Shown here piece after piece: positions 18,020 through 26,925 of a DNA stretch of 42,215 nucleotides (the first letter of the stretch is position 1; every line of letters starts with the position of its first letter). The stretch is from Verrucomicrobiota bacterium (GTDB lineage: Bacteria; Verrucomicrobiota; Verrucomicrobiia; Verrucomicrobiales; DEV007): assembly GCA_045046875.1 (NCBI GenBank), contig JASFYY010000034.1, positions 1 to 42,215 on the forward strand, read 5' to 3'. The position numbers and the translations under genes were made by a program. The notes below the pieces were generated by a model that was not told where the DNA came from, ran no database searches, and saw only the letters and a list, made by a program, of their open reading frames with translations.

Positions 18020-19291
18020 ATGAAAAAAATTTCATTCCCCCTCATTTTGATCAGCCTTTTATCCACAGGACTACTGATGTCCCCCACCTTGCATGCAGAA
18101 CCCGACGACTCCGAAATCGAACCCAATACAAATTTCGAACCCGACACCGAATATGTCGAAGGGGCGGTGGAAGAAGAACAATACGATAAAACCACGCGTT
18201 GGGTATTCAGTGCCGGCAGCACCACCCGTTCGATCAATGCCGGATTCCAACTCAACGGCAACCAGGCGAGGTTTGACTGGTCACGGTTTTTTAAGAAAAA
18301 ATCAGGACGTGGCAATGCCGGGCTTTACCGGGGAGGTTCCAATTCTGTTTTTTATGACAACGGTTACGTCGGCCCGCACAACCTCAACCCGCCTTCCTCC
18401 GGTAGCGCCGGTGGATTCGTGAACAACAACAGTCAGATTTCTTCCCACCCCAACAGCGGTTTACCCGGTGGTGGCAGCCTGCGGATCATTTCATTCCAAA
18501 GCGATGCATACCGCTACGGTTCAAGTTCCTCACAGAATTCTGTCAGTTCTTCGGACTCGGAACAAGGTGTAGGCTCCTACATGCAATGGGGTTACCATTT
18601 ACCCACCATTGACAGCGTGATCGTCAACCTGATCACCGGTTGGAGCTACGTGAGCACGGAACAAAGCTCGGGAGAGCACAACGTCGCCAGTCTATCGGTG
18701 CGAGAGCAGCAGACAAAATACACCTACCAATACGATTATTCCTTTACCGGCTCATCCACGCCATACATCCCGGGGCAGATCAGTGGTTTTAATCAGTTTA
18801 TTATTGCCGACGCAGCAGCTTTCAACAGCGCAGCTAACGTCAGCTCACCCCGCCAAAGCTCCCGCAGCACAGGACGACTAGCCGCCCGCTTCTACGCAGT
18901 GAGCCGCGCCGACCTCGATGTGAAACTCAACGAAATTCCCATCGGTCTGGAAATCGGTCGCAAAGTGGGGCGTAGCGAAGTTTTCTTCACCTGCGGCACG
19001 ACGCTCAACGTCGTCGATTACAACCTCACCAGTTCACTCACCTGGTATCAAAGCGGACGTTCGGGAGCACTCAGCAAACAGCGTTGGCGCGACAGCGGCA
19101 CTCCGGTCAAAATTGGAGCCTACAGCGGACTCAATGTGAAAATCCCCATTTCCCGAAGCGGGCGTTTTTATGCCGAAATCCACAGCTCCTACCGCTGGGT
19201 CGATTCCGTGCACGCCTCCGCAGGCGCTGCGGAGGTGGACATTGACCTGTCCTCCTGGGAAAGCGGACTAGGTATAGGCATCATTTTCTAA
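18020..19291 (+). CDS. Hypothetical exported protein, probable outer-membrane beta-barrel
   Basis: Signal peptide; alternating beta-strands; C-terminal WESGLGIGIIF (terminal Phe, BAM-type signal). Confidence 0.7.
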   Translation: MKKISFPLILISLLSTGLLMSPTLHAEPDDSEIEPNTNFEPDTEYVEGAVEEEQYDKTTRWVFSAGSTTRSINAGFQLNGNQARFDWSRFFKKKSGRGNAGLYRGGSNSVFYDNGYVGPHNLNPPSSGSAGGFVNNNSQISSHPNSGLPGGGSLRIISFQSDAYRYGSSSSQNSVSSSDSEQGVGSYMQWGYHLPTIDSVIVNLITGWSYVSTEQSSGEHNVASLSVREQQTKYTYQYDYSFTGSSTPYIPGQISGFNQFIIADAAAFNSAANVSSPRQSSRSTGRLAARFYAVSRADLDVKLNEIPIGLEIGRKVGRSEVFFTCGTTLNVVDYNLTSSLTWYQSGRSGALSKQRWRDSGTPVKIGAYSGLNVKIPISRSGRFYAEIHSSYRWVDSVHASAGAAEVDIDLSSWESGLGIGIIF

Positions 19292-19412
19292 ACAACAACC
19301 CCTTTTGCACAACCTTTCCCTCCTCTAATTGACAAAATCTGCACAGTGTTTACAGTTTCTTGCAAGCTATTGACTTTCCTTGCGACCTATCAAGAGAACC
19401 GAATCCACTGTA

Positions 19413-20606
19413 ATGCATTTCGACCGCAACTCTGTTGATAAAACCTTTGTTTCCCACGCACCGGGCTATTTTGCCGATACGGATGCCCACCAGTGGAATG
19501 ATCACACCTGGCAGCTCAAAAACCGGGTGACTTCCCTCACCCAGTTGGAAAAGCACCTGAACCTCTCCAGTGAGGAACGCAACGGGGTCTTGCTCTCCGG
19601 CACCAAACTGGCAATGGCAATCACGCCCCATTTCCTGAATCTGATGGATCGTGATGATCCCGAGTGCCCAATCCGACGCCAGGTCATCCCCCGCGCGGAA
19701 GAAGCGCTCGAAGGCGAAGACGAAATGGCCGACCCCTGTGGTGAAGACGCCCACATGCCGGTGCCCGGCCTGGTTCACCGCTACCCGGATCGCGTTCTAT
19801 TTTTAGTCACCTCACGCTGCGCCGCTTACTGCCGCTACTGCACCCGCAGCCGTGTGGTCAGTGGCGCTGGCGAGCAGGAACTGGATACCGACTTCGAAGC
19901 CGCCTACCAGTATCTCGAAGAACACACCGAGATCCGCGACGTATTATTATCAGGTGGCGACCCCCTGCTATTCAGTGATGACAAACTCGAACGCATCCTC
20001 AAACGCCTGCGCTCGATCAAACATATCGAATTTCTTCGTATTGGATCACGCATCCCGATTTTCCTACCTCAGCGCATCACACCCAAGCTGTGTGAGATGC
20101 TGAAAAAGTATCACCCCCTTTTCATCAGTGTGCACGCCAACCACCCACGAGAACTGACCCTGGAAGTCAAAGAAGCTCTCGAACGTCTCGCCGACCACGG
20201 CATCCCTCTAGGCAACCAAAGTGTGCTGTTGCGCGGTATCAACGATGACGTCGATACCATGAAGGCACTCGTTCACAAACTGCTGATGTGCCGGGTAAAA
20301 CCCTACTACCTCTATCAGTTGGATCTCATCAAGGGGTCCCGACATCTGCGCGTCCCCGTATCCAAAGGCATCGAAATTATCGAAGGCCTGCGCGGCCACA
20401 CCACCGGTTACGGCATCCCCCAATTTGTCATCGACGCTCCCGGCGGCGGCGGCAAAGTTCCGATCAATCCCAATTATGTGCTTCAGCACAATGACAAGCG
20501 AGTAGTCATTCGTAACTACGAAGGCGAGGTTTTTGAATATCCGGAAAGCTCTGACCCAGCAGCCAGCCCACTTGAACCCGCTGAAAAAATCGACTGCGAT
20601 TGTTAG
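19413..20606 (+). CDS. kamA: KamA-family radical SAM enzyme (lysine 2,3-aminomutase-like)
   Basis: HRYPDRVL, CAAYCRYC (CxxxCxxC), LLSGGDPL, NQSVLLRGIND, PLP lysine motif DAPGGGGKVP; ATG 19413 preferred. Confidence 0.9.
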   Translation: MHFDRNSVDKTFVSHAPGYFADTDAHQWNDHTWQLKNRVTSLTQLEKHLNLSSEERNGVLLSGTKLAMAITPHFLNLMDRDDPECPIRRQVIPRAEEALEGEDEMADPCGEDAHMPVPGLVHRYPDRVLFLVTSRCAAYCRYCTRSRVVSGAGEQELDTDFEAAYQYLEEHTEIRDVLLSGGDPLLFSDDKLERILKRLRSIKHIEFLRIGSRIPIFLPQRITPKLCEMLKKYHPLFISVHANHPRELTLEVKEALERLADHGIPLGNQSVLLRGINDDVDTMKALVHKLLMCRVKPYYLYQLDLIKGSRHLRVPVSKGIEIIEGLRGHTTGYGIPQFVIDAPGGGGKVPINPNYVLQHNDKRVVIRNYEGEVFEYPESSDPAASPLEPAEKIDCDC

Positions 20607-20791
20607 CTCCCCACCCACGCTATAACACACACATGTGGAACGAAGCGAGCGGAAGTGAAACAAGGGGACTCTAAAGTTCTAGTGAAGCGTGTAAATCAGT
20701 TCGAATGGAAAAACCTAGCGGATCTGAGCAAACACCAAGTCATGCTTTAATTTTGACAATAATGATTTCGCCAAAACAAACTCCTCCCGAT

Positions 20792-20829
20792 GTACCAAAA
20801 ACTTGTCCGCCCGGACAAGTTTTCGGTAC
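20792..20829. repeat. Long palindrome / stem-loop, copy 1
   Basis: GTACC-A-AAAACTTGTCCG-CC-CGGACAAGTTTT-C-GGTAC. Confidence 0.8.
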
Positions 20830-21021
20830 CTTCCACACAAGACTTTATTGAAATGGCATCAGAATTAATATTCTTCAGGTCAAGGTCCCCAGAATTCCAA
20901 AATCGCTACAGCCCCTATTTTTCCTAAATCCCCCCTATTCTACGGCGCTCTTTTCCTGAAATCTGTTTAAAGCCTATGCGAAATATACCTTCCATCGAGA
21001 CTACACCCATATTTACATTTC

Positions 21022-21048
21022 AAATGTCCGCCCGGACATTTTTTCGGT
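21022..21048. repeat. Palindrome copy 2 (possible terminator of tas)
   Basis: AAATGTCCG-CC-CGGACATTT then TTTCGGT; same TGTCCGCCCGGACA core as copy 1. Confidence 0.75.
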
Positions 21049-21062
21049 CACTCACATTAGCG

Positions 21063-22106
21063 CTAAGGGCAAGGGTTCGGATATCGGTTATGCACCTTTT
21101 CAATCTGGCGCTTCACCTCACCATCCAGCTTCACATCGATACTAGCGATGTTATCTTTCAACTGATCCATCGTCGTCGCCCCGATAATATTCGCCGCTAC
21201 ATGCGGACGATCATTGATCCAAGCCAAGGCCATCTGCGCCGGATCCAACCCGGCTGTTTTTGCGATCGACACATACTCGGCAATCGCCGCATCTGAGTTC
21301 GGCCCATGGTAACGGGCAAACCGTTTCCACAAAGTGCAACGCGCACCTTCCGGTTGAGCTCCATTAAGATACTTGCCCGACAACTTACCAAAAGCCAATG
21401 GCGAGTAAGCCAACAAACGCACGTCCTCCTGATAACAAACTTCCGACAAACCGGCATCAAAAGTCCGGTTGATCAGACTGTAGGAATTCTGCACTGTCAG
21501 AATCCTAGGATACCCTTTATCCTCAGCCACCCGGACAAACTGCATCGTTCCCCAGGGCGTTTCATTGGACAGACCAAAATAGCGCACCTTGCCCGACTGG
21601 CGAATCTCCTCCAACACCTCCAACGTCTCTTCAATCGATACGGCGTTTTCCTCTTCCGCCGGCCAGGAAAAATCCCGTCCCCCGAAAATAGGCACTCGAC
21701 GATCCGGCCAATGCAACTGATACAAATCAAGGTAATCCGTTTTTAAGCGTTTCAAGCTTGCCTCCAAAGCCTCCATCAAATGTTTGCGATTCAAACGCAC
21801 CGTCCCTCCACGAATATGACTCACATGATCACCCGGACCCACCGCCTTACTGGCTAAAATCACCTTATTCCGATTTTTTCTCGCGGCAAACCAAGTGCCA
21901 ATGATCTCCTCCGTGCGGTGGCAAGTCTCCGCCATCGGAGGCACCGGATACATTTCCGCAGTATCAAAAAAATTCACCCCCTGCTCCAGAGCATAATCCA
22001 TCTGCTCATGCCCTTCGGCTTCGGTATTCTGTTCGCCCCAGGTCATGGTGCCTAGACAAATCACACTCACATTCAAATCACTACGGGGAATTTTTCGATA
22101 TTGCAT
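21063..22106 (-). CDS. tas: NADP(H)-dependent aldo/keto reductase, Tas-like
   Basis: CLGTMTWGEQNTEAEGHEQMDYA, FFDTAEMYPVPP, LYQLHWPDR, GLSNETPWG, PNPCP; start ATG 22106. Confidence 0.92.
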   Translation of the reverse strand: MQYRKIPRSDLNVSVICLGTMTWGEQNTEAEGHEQMDYALEQGVNFFDTAEMYPVPPMAETCHRTEEIIGTWFAARKNRNKVILASKAVGPGDHVSHIRGGTVRLNRKHLMEALEASLKRLKTDYLDLYQLHWPDRRVPIFGGRDFSWPAEEENAVSIEETLEVLEEIRQSGKVRYFGLSNETPWGTMQFVRVAEDKGYPRILTVQNSYSLINRTFDAGLSEVCYQEDVRLLAYSPLAFGKLSGKYLNGAQPEGARCTLWKRFARYHGPNSDAAIAEYVSIAKTAGLDPAQMALAWINDRPHVAANIIGATTMDQLKDNIASIDVKLDGEVKRQIEKVHNRYPNPCP

Positions 22107-22191
22107 ATTTTTATTCGGACGGGTTATTACTTGATGTTTTACGGCATAACAGTCCATATTCAAAGCTCAATTTAGCCATTCCTCTCAGCCC

Positions 22192-23955
22192 ATGATAGCT
22201 CGCCTCCGCTCCAAGCACCATCAGCACACTGTTGCTTGGTGCCTCTTTCTCGCACTCACCATTCCCACTCTCACCGTCGCCCAGTCTGCGATTTTATCAG
22301 CTCGCTCTGTTCACCACCCTGTGACCGGCTACGGCGGCATGGTAGCGAGTCAGGAAAAACTCGCCACCCAAGCTGGAGTCCAGGTTCTACGCGAAGGCGG
22401 CAACGCCGTCGATGCCGCCGTCACGATTGGCTTCACCTTGGCGGTCACTTTGCCACGGGCTGGCAACATCGGCGGCGGCGGGTTCATGCTCGTTTATTTA
22501 GCCGATCAAAAACAAACCATCGCTATCAACTACCGGGAGAAATCACCCGCAGCTTCACACCGCGATCTTTTTCTCGATGAAAACGGTAATGCTGATGCCA
22601 AAAAATCACGCTACAGTCCCGTCGCGTCCGGCGTGCCCGGAACCGTTTATGGTTTGTGCGAAGCCTTGGAAAAATACGGCACCATCCCACTGCAACGCGC
22701 CTTGCAACCTGCCATTGACCTGGCCAAAGAGGGTTTCATCGTCACTCCCTTCCTCGCCAATGGCTTGAAGTCCGCAAAAAAGCGCATGAGCCAATCCCCT
22801 GCCGCCAAAGCCGTATTCTACAAAAACAAGGGTAGCCTTTATTCTATTGGCGAGAAACTCATTCAAATCGACCTCGCCCACACCTTGCAACTCATTGCCG
22901 ATCAAGGTCCCGCTGGATTCTACCAAGGAGAAACCTCTGACAAACTGGTGCTTTACATGCAAAACAACGGTGGGCTCATCACCCATGACGACCTGTTGAA
23001 CTACCGTCCCAGCCACCGCAAACCCATTTCCGCCTTTTATCGAGGACACCGCATCGTCACCATGCCTCCGCCTAGTTCAGGGATGACCATGCTGCATATC
23101 CTAAAACTACTCGAAACCTTTCCGCTGGAAAAATACGGACAAAATTCCGCCCAATCCATCCACCTGCTTGCCGAAGCCTGCCGTCTCGCCTATTCCGACC
23201 GCGCCGAGTTTCTTGGTGACCCCGACCACTGGGCTGTTCCGCTTGACTACCTGCTTTCAGAAAAATACATCAAACAAAGACGTAACTTGATCGACCTGGA
23301 ACAAGCGGCGCTTAGCAAAAACGTTTCCTCTAGCCGTCAATCCATCCCTTATGAAAGCCCCGAAACCACCCACTTCTCGGTGATCGACCGTTTTGGCAAT
23401 GCCGTAGCCAATACCTACACCCTCAATTTCAGTTACGGAGCCCATCGTATGGCTCCCGGAACCGGCTTCCTGCTCAACAATGAAATGGATGATTTTGTTT
23501 CCAAACCCGGATCGCCCAATGGTTTTGGATTACTTGGAGGAGATGCCAATGCCATACGCGCCGGCAAGCGCATGGCCAGCTCCATGTCTCCAACCATCAT
23601 CTTCCAACCCAATGGCAAACTCTACTTTATCACCGGTAGCCCCGGAGGCAGCCGTATCATCACCACCGTAACCCAGCTTATCAGCAATGTCATCGATCAC
23701 AAAATGAACATCGCCGAAGCCAGCCATGCCCCACGGGTACATCACCAGTGGTTCCCTGATCTGCTGCGTATCGAAAAGGGACTCAGCCCTGATACCCTCA
23801 AATTACTCGAACAACGTGGTCATCGGCTTTCATTACAATCTTCAATGGGATCCACCCAATCCATTCTCACCCTCGACGGCAAGCTCTTCCAAGGATGCTC
23901 GGATCCTCGGCGTCGCAACGCCCTCACCCTCCCCGCCAGCATCCGCTCAAACTAG
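22192..23955 (+). CDS. ggt: Gamma-glutamyltranspeptidase
   Basis: GGNAVDAA, GNIGGGGF, autocleavage site ESPE/TTHFS, LLNNEMDDF, SSMSP, GSPGG, HHQW.PD. Confidence 0.95.
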   Translation: MIARLRSKHHQHTVAWCLFLALTIPTLTVAQSAILSARSVHHPVTGYGGMVASQEKLATQAGVQVLREGGNAVDAAVTIGFTLAVTLPRAGNIGGGGFMLVYLADQKQTIAINYREKSPAASHRDLFLDENGNADAKKSRYSPVASGVPGTVYGLCEALEKYGTIPLQRALQPAIDLAKEGFIVTPFLANGLKSAKKRMSQSPAAKAVFYKNKGSLYSIGEKLIQIDLAHTLQLIADQGPAGFYQGETSDKLVLYMQNNGGLITHDDLLNYRPSHRKPISAFYRGHRIVTMPPPSSGMTMLHILKLLETFPLEKYGQNSAQSIHLLAEACRLAYSDRAEFLGDPDHWAVPLDYLLSEKYIKQRRNLIDLEQAALSKNVSSSRQSIPYESPETTHFSVIDRFGNAVANTYTLNFSYGAHRMAPGTGFLLNNEMDDFVSKPGSPNGFGLLGGDANAIRAGKRMASSMSPTIIFQPNGKLYFITGSPGGSRIITTVTQLISNVIDHKMNIAEASHAPRVHHQWFPDLLRIEKGLSPDTLKLLEQRGHRLSLQSSMGSTQSILTLDGKLFQGCSDPRRRNALTLPASIRSN

Positions 23956-24881
23956 AGCCCCTGCCCGACTACCACCATCCCCCCCTTTGTTTCAGACTCC
24001 CCCTCAGTTTCACCTTCAGGCGCTTCGCCCAACTGCCCTCGCAAAGTCGCCCACCAAAAGCCAATGTATTCGTGCAGGGCAACACTTAATCGAAACAAAT
24101 TTTTGCTGCTCGGAATCAACTGATCATGCTGGTAATTATTGCGCGGCCAACGTTTGATATCCGCAGAGCCCGCGACGGGCTGCAAGCCCTGACCTCGAAA
24201 CAAGCCCATTGCCCGAGGCATGTGGTATCCCGAAGTGACCAGAATGAATGACTTGTCCTGCAAAGTCGCTTTTGCCAAAACCGCATTTTCCTTGGTATCC
24301 CGCGAAGCCTCTTCCAAAATCACCTCGCCTTCATATCCCAACATCTTAGCCATTTCACCCATTTCACTCGCCACTGACGGCCAGCCCTCCTTCATCACTC
24401 CTCCAATCATCACCAATTTGGCCTCAGGGAAATGCCGATGAAGGCGCAAGCCTTCTATCAAACGAGCCGTCGTCGCCCCGGCGAGCCGGGAAGTGATCGG
24501 CCGCTCAGGAAAATAACCATGTGATCCAGACAGAATAACAATGAAGTCCGGACGCAATCCACCAACCTGCTGCTGCTCAATTTGTAAGGGAGGGTACTGC
24601 CGTTCCAAAGCAAAAAACAACTTATTCACCCCCCAACCAATGCTACTGACGTATAAAAACAACGCCGCAAAAAAAGTGAGCAACATAGCCAAAGCACCCG
24701 GCTTACGTCTTTTTTTAGGCACACTGTAGTCGGCCAGAACATCCCCACTATTCTCCAACAGCCCCGACCTCCCCCGTCTGGCCCACAGCAACATCAGCCA
24801 CGCCAATATCAGGATCATCAGCACCACCGGCACCGGATCCAAAAACACTGAAACTATTTTTTTAAACAAAAACCAATCCAT
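23952..24881 (-). CDS. YdcF/ElyC (DUF218) envelope protein
   Basis: Two N-terminal TMs; LERQYP; IVILSG; RL.EGLRL; SRDTKENA; LVTSGYHMPRA; ALHEYIG. Confidence 0.88.
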   Translation of the reverse strand: MDWFLFKKIVSVFLDPVPVVLMILILAWLMLLWARRGRSGLLENSGDVLADYSVPKKRRKPGALAMLLTFFAALFLYVSSIGWGVNKLFFALERQYPPLQIEQQQVGGLRPDFIVILSGSHGYFPERPITSRLAGATTARLIEGLRLHRHFPEAKLVMIGGVMKEGWPSVASEMGEMAKMLGYEGEVILEEASRDTKENAVLAKATLQDKSFILVTSGYHMPRAMGLFRGQGLQPVAGSADIKRWPRNNYQHDQLIPSSKNLFRLSVALHEYIGFWWATLRGQLGEAPEGETEGESETKGGMVVVGQGL

Positions 24882-24930
24882 CTAACACCTCCTACAACCT
24901 AACAAACTAAACCTCCACGCTCTTCCTCCA

Positions 24931-26538
24931 TCACTTCATTCGATAATCCTTCGAATAAGTAGGGCTCCATTTTTTCAAATCACTCCATCGCAGCACCTCT
25001 TGCTGCTTGGCCCACTTCTGCCAACTTTCTTTCATCCCCTCAGCTCGGGCAGTTTCAACCTCGATCAAATTATTCGTCTCACTGCGATCTTCAGCCAGAT
25101 TATAAAGCTCCCACTCCCTTTCATTCTGCGCCACTAACTTCCAATCTCCCTGACGAATCGCCCGGTTGCCCTGATGCTCCCAGAAAATCATCCGCTCGGC
25201 ATCCATTTCCCCACTGCCGCGCAGAACCGGAACCAAACTGCGCCCCGAAACCTTTACATCCACCTTCCCTCCCGCCAAATCCACCACCGTTGGCAACACA
25301 TCGATCACATGCCCCAACTCACTAGTCAGTTCACCTTTTGCTTTTATCCCGGTCGGCCACGAAACGATCAACGGCGTCGAGATCCCTCCCTCGTGCACCC
25401 ATATTTTATGAAACCTAAAAGGCGTGTTCGACGCGTTGGCCCAGCCCACTTCCAAAGTTCGATAGGTGTCGCCACTACCCAGCGCTGCTTTAGGGTCATT
25501 GCCATCACCTCGCAGAATGTACTCCGCACTCGCACCATTATCCGAGAGAAACAAAATCACGGTATCGTCCATTACCTTCATCGATTTCAGCTTTTTAACA
25601 ATCCTGCCAATGCCCACATCGATCCGGTAAATCATCGCCGCGTGCACCGCCATGCGCCCCGACCACTCATCCTTTTCTTCTGCCGAGAATGAATCCCAGG
25701 CCACCGCATCCGGATCACGTGTCGATAGCTTCGCTTTCAAAATCCCCAGCTTCTCCATCTTCGCCAGTCGCTGCTGACGAATCACATCCCAGCCCACCCG
25801 GTAGCGCTGACGAAATTTTGCCACATCCTCGGGCAGAGCATGCAGCGGAAAATGCGGTGCCGTATGAGCCAGATATAGAAAAAAAGGTTCGTCACGGTGA
25901 TAAGTCTGATGTTCGTCGAGGTAATGAATCGTGCGTTCGGTAAAAGCCCGGGTGATATAATAATCGGGATCATTATCACCTGGCCTTTTAATCGTAAAAT
26001 GCTCGTCCGAAATAAGCTTGGGGTTAAAAAAATTATCCTGTCGGCGCACACAATACGAGCGGTCAAACCCCCGGCCTAATGGCCACGAAGCCGCGGCCTT
26101 CCCACCTTTCCCTCGATTCTGAAGATGCCACTTGCCCACGTGGTAAGTCCGGTAGCCCAACGGTTTTAACACTTCAGGGATCATCAGCGCCTGCTCTTTC
26201 GAAGTGCCCTTATAGGCCAGTGGGGCATCACGCCCAAACATCATCGCATGCCCCACATCATGAGGGTAACGCCCCGTCATCAAAGCCGCCCGGGTCGGCC
26301 AACAGCGCCCGGTATTATAAAACTGGGTAAACCGCAAACCACCCGCCGCCAAGCGATCCAGATTAGGCGTATCCACTTCTCCTCCATAACAGCCAATATC
26401 CGAAAAACCCATGTCGTCCACCATGATCAACAACACATTCGGACGCTTCCCCTTCGCCTCCTCTCCCACTAGCTCATGTCCCGCTCCAATCAAAAACAAG
26501 GCACACAGACACAACAGATTACTTTTCACAAATCCCAT
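24931..26538 (-). CDS. Arylsulfatase (formylglycine-dependent S1 sulfatase)
   Basis: RPNVLLIMVDDMG; CWPTRAALMTG (CxPxR); GKWH; APHFPLH; SDNG; HEGGISTP; start ATG 26538. Confidence 0.95.
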   Translation of the reverse strand: MGFVKSNLLCLCALFLIGAGHELVGEEAKGKRPNVLLIMVDDMGFSDIGCYGGEVDTPNLDRLAAGGLRFTQFYNTGRCWPTRAALMTGRYPHDVGHAMMFGRDAPLAYKGTSKEQALMIPEVLKPLGYRTYHVGKWHLQNRGKGGKAAASWPLGRGFDRSYCVRRQDNFFNPKLISDEHFTIKRPGDNDPDYYITRAFTERTIHYLDEHQTYHRDEPFFLYLAHTAPHFPLHALPEDVAKFRQRYRVGWDVIRQQRLAKMEKLGILKAKLSTRDPDAVAWDSFSAEEKDEWSGRMAVHAAMIYRIDVGIGRIVKKLKSMKVMDDTVILFLSDNGASAEYILRGDGNDPKAALGSGDTYRTLEVGWANASNTPFRFHKIWVHEGGISTPLIVSWPTGIKAKGELTSELGHVIDVLPTVVDLAGGKVDVKVSGRSLVPVLRGSGEMDAERMIFWEHQGNRAIRQGDWKLVAQNEREWELYNLAEDRSETNNLIEVETARAEGMKESWQKWAKQQEVLRWSDLKKWSPTYSKDYRMK

Positions 26539-26589
26539 GCCCCAACCTACAGCCTCCCCCCCCTCCAGCAAGTTCAACTATCCCCCCTC

Positions 26590-26611
26590 GTAGCGCGGAC
26601 CTCCGACCCGC
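26590..26611 (+). repeat. GTAG-type REP-like imperfect palindrome
   Basis: GTAGCGCGGACCTCCGACCCGC. Confidence 0.4.
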
Positions 26612-26630
26612 CGAATTCACTCTTCATTTT

Positions 26631-26885
26631 TCACTCTTCTTCATCGCCCGGTCGAGTTCCCCAGAATCCAGGCCAATCATCAAAATGAATCACCACCCGT
26701 CCATTACAGATCAACGAATAAAGGGGCTCAAGAGGAAAATCATTCAAGCGCACCTTCAAATCCAAGCCACTGCTCACAGCTTCAAAAACCATATCCACAT
26801 CATTACCTGAGTAATTTTCCCATATTATGGGAAAATGAAATTCAGAAAAATCCGACCAATTATTAACTACCGAAAAAGGAGGCAT
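26631..26885 (-). CDS. Small acidic hypothetical protein
   Basis: 84-aa ORF with the conserved-looking motif VRLNDFP.EPLYSL...G.....FDDWP..W; AT-rich. Confidence 0.7.
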   Translation of the reverse strand: MPPFSVVNNWSDFSEFHFPIIWENYSGNDVDMVFEAVSSGLDLKVRLNDFPLEPLYSLICNGRVVIHFDDWPGFWGTRPGDEEE

Positions 26886-26925
26886 TTTATTAACCCATTT
26901 GCTTCAAGTTGAATACCCGCACAGA

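Noticed and set aside
20607..20790. Riboswitch, ncRNA or gene remnant after kamA
   Set aside because: No recognisable RNA family motif and only short ORF fragments; cannot be supported without an Infernal search.
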